Of a stretch of DNA of 64,000 bases, positions 40,901-52,900 are shown piece after piece. Source of the DNA: a virus; IMG/VR virus record IMGVR_UViG_3300035670_010029. One strand, given 5' to 3'. The notes beneath the pieces are model-generated. The model was not told the DNA's origin, did no database searches, and worked only from the letters and a program-made list of their open reading frames with translations. Each line of letters starts with the position of its first letter. Position 1 is the stretch's first letter. The position numbers and the translations under genes are program-made.

Positions 40901-43900
40901 AGCTAGACTTGTTCCTGTGCTAAAACCCATACTAGACAAGGCTTGCGCTGCTTGAGAAGCAACAAAACCTACTGTTTGAGCACCTTCGGTAATAGCAGCA
41001 GCGCTTTCTCCCATGCCCTGTCTTACAGACTCTACTCTAGCCGCATCCCCTACCTGAAGAGCGGTTTGTTCACCTGTCTGAATTGGTCCACTTCCAGCTA
41101 AGGCTTGACCTAACTCTACTGTACTATAAGCTCCTTGTACTAATGCTTGTTCGCCAACCTGAGCAAATGCTTGTCCTGCAGCTTGTCCTGATTCGCTACC
41201 AAGCAAATACGACCCTCCCTGTACAGCGCGACCAGCCACAGAGATACCAGCACCAGCTACCACATTAGCAGCCCCGTAAGCTGCTCTACCAGTAGCCTCT
41301 CCCACTCCTCCTAGCCATCCTAGTCCTGCTATTAGCGGATTTTTACTTTGTATCCATAATTTATTTTGTGCCGTTCCGCCATCTGCTAAGTAATTAACAA
41401 TACCGCCAGAAGACAAAGTGTTACTATTAATAGCTTTTAATAAAGGTAGATTTTTTTGAGTTGCTGATCTATTGACTACAAATTCTCCTGGCGTTAACAT
41501 AGCAGGAACAGTATCTGTCCCTCGTGGTTGAAAATTAACTAAGTTTGCTCCATTCTGAGCATATATTATTCCACCCATAGCCCTATTAACTGGTTCGGCC
41601 ACTGCTCCTCTACTGGCAAACCATGATAAGCTAGGTAGCGCACCGAATGCATTAGCAAAACCAAAAAACATATGTGCTTGCATAGCATCGTCATAATATT
41701 TTTGTCCATCATTAGCAAAAGACGCCGCAAAATTACTCATTCTGGCAGCGTTATCCGGTTGCGCCATAGCATCAAAGAAATAATCTTGACCCACCCAATT
41801 ACCTTTGCCTCCATACCAATTCATGAGTCTATATAATCCTTCTCTGATGAAACCTAATGTTATTTGATCAAAATATGGCATACCATTAGGACCACGTAAA
41901 TTAAACAAATCATCTCCAAATTTTTGTATTAATCCTGATCTAACTTTTGTTCCATTAAATTCATTATATGGATTAAATAATACCTTTACTAAATCATTAA
42001 CCGTAGCATTTTCTGGAATGGCACCCGCTAGGTTTGTTGGTGTTAGTGTGCCATCTCTACCAACTACTTTAATTTGGGTTCCTTGCAATTGGTTGCCTAA
42101 TATATTTTTCCAATCAGGACTTAATTGTAAACCAGCTACTTTGCCGGCTCTTGCTGACATGCCAAAACTACGAAAGACTCCAGCAATCGGCGCTTTAGCA
42201 TCATAGAATTGTTTTAATAAAGCGGTGTCTCCTCCAGCAATAGCACCAAAAGCGTTAGCAGCACCGCTGATCATAGTCATAATATTATCTAGAGCATTAT
42301 ATGATTGGATACTATTTGCTCTGTTTTGCAATTGAGAAACATACGTTCCGGCTTGATTCAAAATAGAGGACATATATTGAGAGGCTCCTTTAGGATTACC
42401 TCCTAAAGCTAACCTAATAGCCTGCGGAGCGCCAGCATTAGACAACCATCCAGCAGAGACACCGGGAAGTCTTAATCCTCCAAATAAAGCCATAGAACCC
42501 CTAATTAGAGCTGCTGTAGCCTGTGGCAGATCCGCATCGGTTAATACAGAACCTTTGGTTATTTTAGACTGATCCACCTTACCAGCAGATAGTGACATTT
42601 CTTGTTGAAACTGTGCTAGCTTATCTAGTACAAACTCGCCTATATTCACAGATAATGGCTGCTGGCTTATATCGGTAAATACATCTGCACCTGATGAGAT
42701 ACTACCTAAATATTTAGTTAAAGACGTACCCTGACCAAACGTTAGATTAAGTTGTGATGCTACTTTAGCTGCTTGTTGTTCAGCGTTGGGGTCTTTATTA
42801 ACTCTCATCTTTATTAGGTCTTGGAAATCCTGAAGTAGTTTTGGATCATTAATACTAGAAGCATTAATAATATCATTAGGTCCATATTGTTTGGCAGTAA
42901 ACAGTCTTCTTTGGGACTTGTCTAGTGTGTTAAACAGCGTGCCCACTATGTTATTTGGTAATAGGGTGTCTATTGTTCTATTTGGATCAAATTTACCAGT
43001 AGTCGCATCATAAAATTGACCCGTATATTTCTCATATGCTATAGGAACATCTATGGAAGGATTTTTGCCATTAATGGGTATTGGTAATGTTAATTTAATG
43101 TTGTCAGATATTAGGCTGCTAGATACCACGCCCTTGGCATTCAGAGTATTTTTTTTCGCCTCGTCCATAAACGTTTGACCAAGATAATCTTCTATGTTGC
43201 CATTGATCATAACTGGAAATGACTTAGAAATACGATTTATTTCATCTGTTAATACGAATGGCTTACCTAAATTAAATTCTGGATCAAATTTTGCCGGTGG
43301 GGCTCCTACCAATCCAAACTTAACTCTATCTCTTCTTGCTCTTTCTATATTAGCTTGTACCGACTCTATAGCTGTTCTAAACGACGGTTCTAATGATGGT
43401 TGAGCCACAACAGCACTACTCGCGCCTTGAGTAATAAGCTCGTCTAGTGGAGACAATTCAGAGCCAGTTAAAGAAATATATTGTTGTGTATTATTAAATA
43501 ATGCAGATAGCTTGTCTCCTAGTGCTTGACCAGATCCGTCATCCACGTAACCCAACCTGCCTTGTAAAAATTCTAGTGTGTTTTTATATAGCTCATAGTT
43601 TGGTTTATGATTTTTTGTATTAGCTTCGTCTATTTTAAATCCTGGTAAAATATGCTGCTGTTTCGTCATTGGCTCACTTACAAAAGACGGGGTTTGTCCA
43701 TTGTGTGGTTCCCAGCTTTCCGAACTCCATTCTGTGTCAGCATATGGACTACCAGTAACAAAAGACGGTTTGTTAACGGACACCGCCATTGCCATTCCAG
43801 GAGCCCAGCCGGCCGGATTGTAAAATGCTCTTTTATAATACCAAACTTTAAAAGCTTGACTTTTTTGTATTTGATCGGAGCTGGCCCCTATATAGGGTTT

Positions 43901-46900
43901 ATCAAAAGACACCCCATAACTTTTATCTACTAATGTAGATTCCCACTTATTGGGAGTAGGATCTGGAAAATCTGCTGTGGTTGGTGGTTTATCTCTATAT
44001 AAAGATTTATCTAGTATGCTTTCTGGTTTTGGTCCGCCATCTATACCAAGTAGCATAGTTTTAACTTTGTCTTGATATTCTTTTTCTTGGGCTTGAAAAA
44101 TTTGTTTACCGGTAAACGCACCAAGCCCTAAATACAAACTATTGTTATCTTTAACTTTTGCTAAACCACCACGAATCCTAGACGAAGCTTGTGCTGCAGC
44201 GTCGTTCTTTGCGTAATCATACTGATCCCTGCCTTGCTTCACTATTGTTGGCGTTGCGCCAACTCTCACCGAACCCATTGACTTGTCTATAATATTATCA
44301 GCATTTAGATCAAAAGAGGATGTAGGCAGTGCATTAGAAGCACCAAAAGATAATGTGTAACTATTTGGCAGATCATATATATTACTAGAACCTTTTTGCC
44401 ATATTTCTGCTGCAGAGTCTGTTGGTTCAATAATTGGTTTTTCAGTCAACATGCCTTGTTGTTTGATATTGTCTGGCTTTCCCCAGTTTGTGATTAATCC
44501 TCCAGCGTTATAATATCCGACACGGCCACCCGATTGTAAGCTGTTATTATTAATTTGTTGTAGTAATGGCAGGTGTTTTTGTGTCGCTGATCGATTAATA
44601 ACAAACTCGCCAGGAGTTAACATCGCCGGTACGGTATCTGTTCCTCTGGGCTGAAAGTTAACCAACTGACCCTCCGCAGCATAAACTAAACCTCCAGTAG
44701 CTATGCCGGCAACTGGTGGTACCGCTCCAGCTCCTCCTACTGGTGGTTTTGGTTGTTGAGCAATAGATACGAGGGTATTGATGTTTCGTCCAATATCGGA
44801 TAGCTCTCTATTTTGAAATGTTAAAATAGTATTGGTCAAACCATCTATAATAGCTTTGCTGTTTTTGGACGCAATATCGTTTGCCAAATTCTGATCAAGC
44901 TGTCCTAGTAATCTAGTAGCCGCTGATTGTTCCGCTATGGCCTGATTATAATATTGTATAGCTGCGGCAGTCGCTGGATCTTGTTCGGGATTTCTTAACG
45001 AGTTTAAAATTTGTTGAAACATCGGAGAGACCCCCATCCCCGACTCTTGTAGCATAGTTTCTAATACGTTAGCTCTTGTATTGTTGGCTTGTTGATTATC
45101 TCCTAAAAATGGCAAAATATCCTGTAGTGCTCCTAATGTGTCTTTTCGCTCATTAGCAAAAGCTGTTTGTGCTGCTCTCATTGCTTCCATTGCAGAAGCA
45201 CCATTATTAATTGCATCTTGATAAGCTTTTTGGGCTCCAATACTATTTTGTATAGTATTTTGTTGTCCATTCATATTTCTTTGTAGTCTATACAAAGATT
45301 GGTTTAAAGACTCTAGTTCATCGGGAGTGCTAGTAACTACTTTCTCTAAGAAACTTATTCTGCCAGTTGCTTTTTGTTGAGCTTCTTGCATAGCATTCAT
45401 AGCAGCACTAGCTTTTTCAGTATTATTAGCCATCTCTTCTAAAGCTGCTCTGTTTTCTCTTAGAGAAATATTAGTGGCTTTAAGATCATTGTTAAATCTA
45501 ACAAAATCTTGAACACCAGCTGGGCCTTTCTCTGCCGACTGCTGAACAGACGACTGTTGAATTTCTCTGGTTCTATTGAGTTTAAGGACGGCATTGAAAA
45601 TATCCGCTGGATCCGTGATTCCTCCTGTTTGTCTACCAACAGAAGCATTTCTTTTAGCAAAAACATCTGCTACAGATATTGTTCGATTTAATGTTTTTGA
45701 TAACTCTAACTGAGAGTCGGCCGTAATGTCTATAGACTTTCTGGATCGTTCTCTAGCACTAATTTCTAAATCAATAATTTTATTCAAGTTATTAGCATAC
45801 TGATTAAGAATATTTTGATAATTTTGTAAGGCTTTGATAGCCACAGACTGAGCATCTTTAGCTGTCTCTATAACAGAATTTAATCCAGCCAATTTTTCTG
45901 ATAATTGAGCAAAATCCACTTTATCATCGCCGGATTTTCTCAGATCTACCAATGTACTACCGACTTCTTTAGCTAGTTTATCTGCTAATTCTGGAGGCAA
46001 GCCTAAACCCTTAAGCTCAGCTCTTATGTTTTTATCAACGGCCCTAGCAATAACTTCGTTGGAAGAATCTGGTCCTTGGTTTTTTAGTGTATCATTAATT
46101 GTAGACATAACTGTATTTTCTACAGTCTCGCCTAAATTCATTAGTTGTTGCATCTCTGGCTGTCTATTACCAAACAATGATCCGGCTGAGGATTGAGCTG
46201 CTGATACTCGTCCTGCTCCGTATGATCTTGGATTTTCAATAATATTCGCAGATGCTAGATCTATATTTCCTACTTTTGCCTGGCCCTGCAAAGCCGCTGT
46301 TGTTAGATCTATATTTTCTGACATAGACTTAAGAGAGAATGCTGTTGCATTAATGGCCTGTTCCATATTAGTAAACATTCTTTTTAAAGAACGCGTATAT
46401 ACAGAAACCATAGCTCCTAAGTTTTTCTGATCTTTTTCTCTCTGAGCAACAGCTGCTGCTTGCCTGGTCTTATTAGCTCCCTCTATAGTAATTATTTCTT
46501 CTATTAGCTCTTTTTTTCTCTTCTCAGTTAAACCAGTACTGAGTTCTATCTGTCTTATTTGCTTATTAAGAGCCGTGTCTGCATAAACCAAAGATCTGGC
46601 AAAATCATCAAATTCTGCACTGCCTAAAATATCTCCTACGTTTTCTCCAGATTTAATACGAGCTTGGATTAGCTGATTAATACCTTCTGCTATTGGTTGA
46701 AAAGATTGACTAGATTCTTGTGCTTGAGCACCGACCATTTTACCAGCTTTAGCCTCGTATGTGTCCGCTCCGCCAAACAATGTACGAAAATATTCTATTG
46801 TTCCTTCTTTTTCTAAAACCTGAGATCTTACTGCTGCTTGACGAGAAGCCCCATTGCCTTGTATCGAAGAAAATAGAACATCCAATCCATTAATCCAACC

Positions 46901-49900
46901 AGCACTAGCGGTATCTAGAGTTCGTGTTCTAAGATTATCTGCTGATCTAGAGGCATCAATTAAATTTGACTGTATTGACTGTCTTAGATTGACTTGTGTC
47001 AAGTCTTGATTCAGCTTATCGAATTTTTCTGATATACCATTTAAAGCTTGTTCTATTTTATTTTTGGATAATTCTATATAAAATTGTCTCACTCCGTTAT
47101 AAGCATCAAGAGCAACTTGCCCCAAAATAGCAACCACCTGCACTGCCTTAGCGCCTCTCAATAATCTGGATGCAAAGCCTGCAAATCTACTATTTGTGTT
47201 GCGTAGGTTTTGTGTGAAATTATCTAGTTCACCGATAGCTGCTTGGGTATATGAAAAAGCTTGCGAACCTCCTCTAATACCACCAGAGATACCTGCTTCA
47301 ATAGCACTAGATTTAGCATTAATAGAATCGGCGATAATATTTCCAACGGTGATGACACCAAAAGATAGGGCTAAACTAGCCTGTCTATCAAAATTTCTCT
47401 GCTCATCTGGACCTCTTTCTCCTCTAGAAGCAGCCGCTTGTTCTATAGCTGTTCTGCGAGCCCTAATTTCTTCGTTTATGGCTCTAACTTGCTCTTGTGC
47501 TTGGTCTTGTGTAATTCTTCCGGCTCTTAATTCGGCATCAATAGTAGCTCTGCGTGTCTGGATATATCTTTGGTCCATTTGCTCTAGTGTTCGCGCATCT
47601 CTAGTAAGATTTTGTAATACTCGTGCTAGGTCATCTCCGGTAGCATTTAACGTACTAAGATCTATAGAGGTTCCTAATCCACCTCCCGTGGCTATGTCTT
47701 CATATGCAGTACGACTTCGTACTGCGGCTCCTGCTCTTAATTCTGCTTGTACTTCTTCTTCTGTTCTGGGCGATCCGCTAGTTCCTGGAGTAGTACGTAA
47801 AACATTTTCTTCTGCTTGTCTAAGAGCTTCTATTCTACCTTCTACAGCATCTAATGCGTCTTGAATAGCTTGTCCAGTAATATTTCCTAATCTTTGTTGT
47901 ATATCTAATTCTGCTTGTGCTGCTCTATTAGCGTTATTTATGGCTTGTTGTAGGTCATACAATGTTTCCGCACTTGCTCCAGCCGCACGAGCCATGTTAA
48001 AATCAGCTTCTGCAGCTCTTCTAGCTTCGGCAGCAGTGGCCTGATAGCTTCGATTTAATAATCTGGCAGATTCTGATCCACTGACACCTAGTTGTGTTAA
48101 TACGTCTGCTAGTTGAGTTAATGCTGTGGTAGCTAAAGTAGTAGCTCCTATAGTGTCTGCATTAATAACTTCTGGTCTAGCTGATGGCCCTCTGGATCTA
48201 CCGCCCAAAAAGAATCTTTCTACTCCAACAGCTCCGCCCCTATTTAAACCCAAAGCTTTTGTCGCTTTTTCTCTTATTACAAAACTACCAACTGGCAAAT
48301 TAGCTGGTATACTATCACTGGTACCTGTACCCGGACCCTTAAATACGCTAATACCGCCATCAGCAAATCGCCCCATACCATTACGATCAGCCTGATTCAT
48401 TTTATTTAATTTGCCATAACCAATTCTTTTAGCAAGCTTGGGTGGTACATAAGCTTCACCATTGCTTACTAGAGCCGGAACCGTGCCTCCGTCTGCTAAT
48501 CCTATAGCTTGTTCTTTGTAGTATCTATCAAATTCTCCACGGGCTTTTTCAAACGCACTCCCATTAAGTGTTCTTTTAATTTCTGTAGGAATATTATCTG
48601 GTAAGCCAAAGAATTGGGCAGCTCGTCCCAATCCTCCTGGAAAATCTATAGCCCTATTAGACTCTAAAGTTTCTATAGGAGGAAGATTAGCTCCTAAAAT
48701 AGCTAAAGCTTTTTCAATAACGGCACCCTCAATATTTCCTTGTCCCATCAGCTCATCTAATTCTGGTTTGGCTTGCGGCTCAGTATATAAGAAGCCAGAC
48801 TTTTTGCTTTTTTGAACAGCTCGTATATTATCTAAGCTATCATCAATTAATTTTTCTGTTTGTGCTAAATTTTGTGCTTTAGCTCTTGGTACTTTAACGC
48901 CTTCTCCTCCAACACCAGTAATGTCCGAGGCTTGGTAAGGTAATCCAAAGCTTTGTAAAGATTGAGCTAATAAGTCTACAGTACTAGCGGGTCTAGCGGT
49001 AAGTATTCGTGTGTTTTTAATAAACTCTGGATCAGCATCTATTAATGTTTTAAGTTTAGCACCCAAACGTGTAAGTCTACCCCCTTTTAGATATTCTTCA
49101 ACAACGGTTCTGTCTGAATATCTGGGAATGTCTGGCTTTCCTTCTTCGTTAAGAATATCGGTACCAGAAACTAAAGTTTCATCAAAATCAAAAACTAATT
49201 TTTCTTTACCTCCAAAAATTTTGGTATATTGTACATTTTCTGCAAAGTTTCTAGCAGCTAGTGCTGTTTCTCTGCTCATTTGTTGTGCGGCTGGTAGGTA
49301 TTCTTTGTCAAAACCTTTTATAGTGGCATAGATAGTTTTACTACTTTCTGGCAGGACCCATTCGTTGGTGTCACTGTAACCCATTGGCAATAAGCCGGCT
49401 ATTGCTACTTGTGTTAGACTAGCTATTCTTTTAGCTTCAGCCGCATCACTCTTGCCCGATACGAATAATGCTCTATTGACATAGTCTTTAGCTATTTCTA
49501 TCCCTTTATTTGCTTTAATATTATTAGCATTTAAAACAGATCGTGTTCGACTATCTCCGGCACCAATACCTAATATGGTTCGAACTCCGGCAGGTCCACC
49601 CAAACCCCTTAGTTGTTCTAGCAATGTTTCTTGAATACTTTGACCTTTGGTTTGAGCCAAAGCAGACACCCTGTCTCTGATTCTTGGTGCCTCTTTAACA
49701 GCTCCTGCTTCCGCAAATTTTTGAATCATACCGCCTAAAGAAAATCTTGGTTTGCCCTTTCGTTTTTTAATATCTTTTGCCCATTCGTACATCGAACCAA
49801 AACTATCGCCTTCTATGTCCTCAACAGCATCTTCGCTTAGATACTTGTCCATGTATGCTTTAGTCAATACCATACCATCAATAACCGTAGGCTTACCATC

Positions 49901-52900
49901 TTTGGTATAGCCCATGTTCGAACCACCAGCGTCGATCCAATGTAATCCTCGTTCAGCTAATTTACCCTGCAATAGCTCTGCATCTTTCATGCCTTTTTCT
50001 GTATCAGAGATTCTTACTTTGTCTTGTATTGCGGCTGTTAATTTACCAAAAGTCTTAACTTTTCTATATCCAGAAACATGCTCCATCCCTTCGGGAAGCT
50101 GATAATTACCAATCTCTTTAATTTGTTTTTTACGGAAGCCTACATCCTCAGCTATTTGCTGTATTCCAAATCCCGTGCGAGAAATTTTTAACACTTCGTT
50201 ACCTATATCAAAAGACACATTTTCTCCACCGGCTCCCAGTACTTTTGCTGACGAAACACCATATTCATTTTCTATTTGGGAAAGATACTTAGGTAATCCT
50301 TTAACGGCTAAAATTTCTGGCGTCACTTCTCCAAAAAAAGTTTTATTCGTAGTAGAATATGTCTGTAATGCTGCTAATAATTTAGAGACTGAAGAAACCT
50401 TGTCTGTGGATTTTTTAGCTTTTCCACCCACTTTATATTCCTGTCTTTTTATACCAGTACTACCCAATAATTCACTAAGCGTACTGTCTAAAACACTTTG
50501 TAGTTTACTATCAAGAACAGGAGCTTTTTGCACTAAAGTTGTTAAAAACTCTTCTTTTCCATTATCTTCTGTTCTGGTTATATGAGCTTGTTCGAAACCA
50601 GCCGATAATAATGTTTGATTCACACCGGGATTGATCGGTCTGTATTCTCTGGCTTTTTTAGCATCATCAGAAGCCTTGATATATGAAGCTAGTTCTTTTT
50701 CCATTTCTGGATTGCGCTTTTCTGGATTATCTCTTAGTCTAATGTTTTGTAGCTGAGCACTTTCCAAAAGACTTTGTTTATATTTGCGTCCATACACCAC
50801 GTCTGCACTAGTATATCCTCCGCCATTACCAGAAGATAAAGCATCAAAAGCATCTGCCAAACCATCATTGTCCGTATTGAATAGAAAATCAACTCTTTCC
50901 CTATATTTGGAAAAACTTTCTGCTGAACGAGCCCTTAAACCACTAAACAATTGGTGTGTTAATTCGTGATACAATACGTCTTGTCCTGGTTTATCAAAAG
51001 CTGTACCTAACGATATACTGCCTCGTCCGGTAGCTGACATTGTTTGCTTCTTAGACTCAACTGCGGCTTCTATTGCTCTGCGTTCTTTTCCTTTGATATC
51101 CGAAATTTTCTTTTGTAAAGTTTTTATTTCATCAAAAACGCTGACAAAAGCTTCTCTGTCGTATGAAAAAGACCCATCATCAAAAGTTTCAATAGGGGTT
51201 TTTAGAATTTTATTTTGTAATTTCTTTTTTTCTTCTACCAACTTCTCATAACCAAATAAGTCTTGTTTATCTTTGTCTGTGTATCCAAAAACGCTTAGGT
51301 CCCAACCTTCAGAGCCACGACTACCTAACGGAGAATCATTAAATAGTCCTCCTCCTATCACTTTTCTACCTATACTACCAGCGTTACCAAAATCTATCTG
51401 TGCCGGCAATGCAACGCTCAAATCTTCTTGTGGCAAACCTATAAATTTGGCAAAATCGCCTATACTTTTTAATAAAGAATCTCGTTTAACCTTACCTTTA
51501 AAAGAAGCCAAAAACGCCGCACGATCAAAAGGCTCAGTCATTCTGGACCCAACAGCTTGGTCGTCTATAGATATGCGTTCATCTGTAGGGACATTACTTG
51601 CTAGTTGTTTCCATTCGGCTGCTTGTTGTTCTTTTATTATTTGTTTAGCATACGCATTGGTTATGCGGCGTGGAAATTTTGTTTCTCCTGTGCCGAAAGA
51701 TTCCTGTGTTTGTTTAACTCCACCAGGTGATCCTGTCATAAATTTTTGAATGAATCCACCAACAAATTTTTCGTTAACTACCTGTTGTTCTGGATTCTGT
51801 GTTCTTTTCTTTTGCAAGAAGTTGAGGACTTCGTCAAAAGACCCACTATAAATGACCTCAGATGCCCCTTTGTCTCCGTGCTCAAACACATCATACCATG
51901 TTCGTTTAGCATTAGCGCTGTCATAAAATGATTTGTTTTCAGCCCATGTATATTGTGATTTGCCGCCTTCAGCAAAAGCTTTAATTTGACCACCTTTGAT
52001 AAAACCTGGTGTTTTCTGTTGTTGTTGCTTATTAATAAAATCATAAAACTGTTTTTTGGTATCGCCAGCCCAGTAATAGTCCAGGGTTCCTATATTAACG
52101 TCGTCGATTTTAGGCGCAGGAAGGTTTTCTTTAAAATATCTATTAACGCTTTTTTTCTCTATACGATATCTTAATAATTTGCTAATCAAATCAGCATCAT
52201 CTGTTTTTGTAGTTCTAAATTTGACTTCACCTATTCTGCTTATAGCATTGTTCTTAAGTCGTTTAAGTATATCAACAGGATAGTTGGTTTTATCGCTGGC
52301 TTTCTCCCATTGGCCAGACAGTTTTTCTATGAGCAATTGTTCATATGCTAAACCCCAACGACCTTCTGCACTTTGTAAACGACTAATAGAATCTGATGTT
52401 TGTTGTCCATAAGATTGTTTAATTTGTTTTTGTTCTGATCGATTTTTACCAGATAGCTCTCTCAATATATCTCGGTTCTTTTGACTAATATCTATACCGG
52501 CATAGCTCTTATAGTGTCCTGAACCTTGTGCTGCTTGATTTTCTGCTGTATTCCATATTTTTAGAAAATCTTGATCCTCTAATTTAACTGTTTTCGGTTT
52601 TATTTTGATAGAGACTTTATCGTCTGCTTCTAAATTGGTTGAACCTATGGCTTTAGCAATAGCTGCTGCGCCTGATCTGTTTAATAGATCGGAGACTAAT
52701 ACAGGTCCTCCGTCAGCATATCTGTTCATCCTAACCAAATTTCCCCTACCATACTTATTAACAGCTCGTTTATTGACGACAAATTCTCCAGGAGTCAACA
52801 TAGCTGGTACACTGTCTGCGTTACCAGATCCTGGTACTATTCCTCCTCTGGCAAATCCGTATATACGACCTCCGTCTTGTGCTCTTCTAGTTCCTCTAAA

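Noticed and set aside
47196-47864. 222-aa + strand ORF and the other antisense ORFs within long genes (e.g. 52605-53117, 51273-51749, 7071-7520)
   Set aside because: Shadow frames opposite well-supported genes, with no recognisable motifs.
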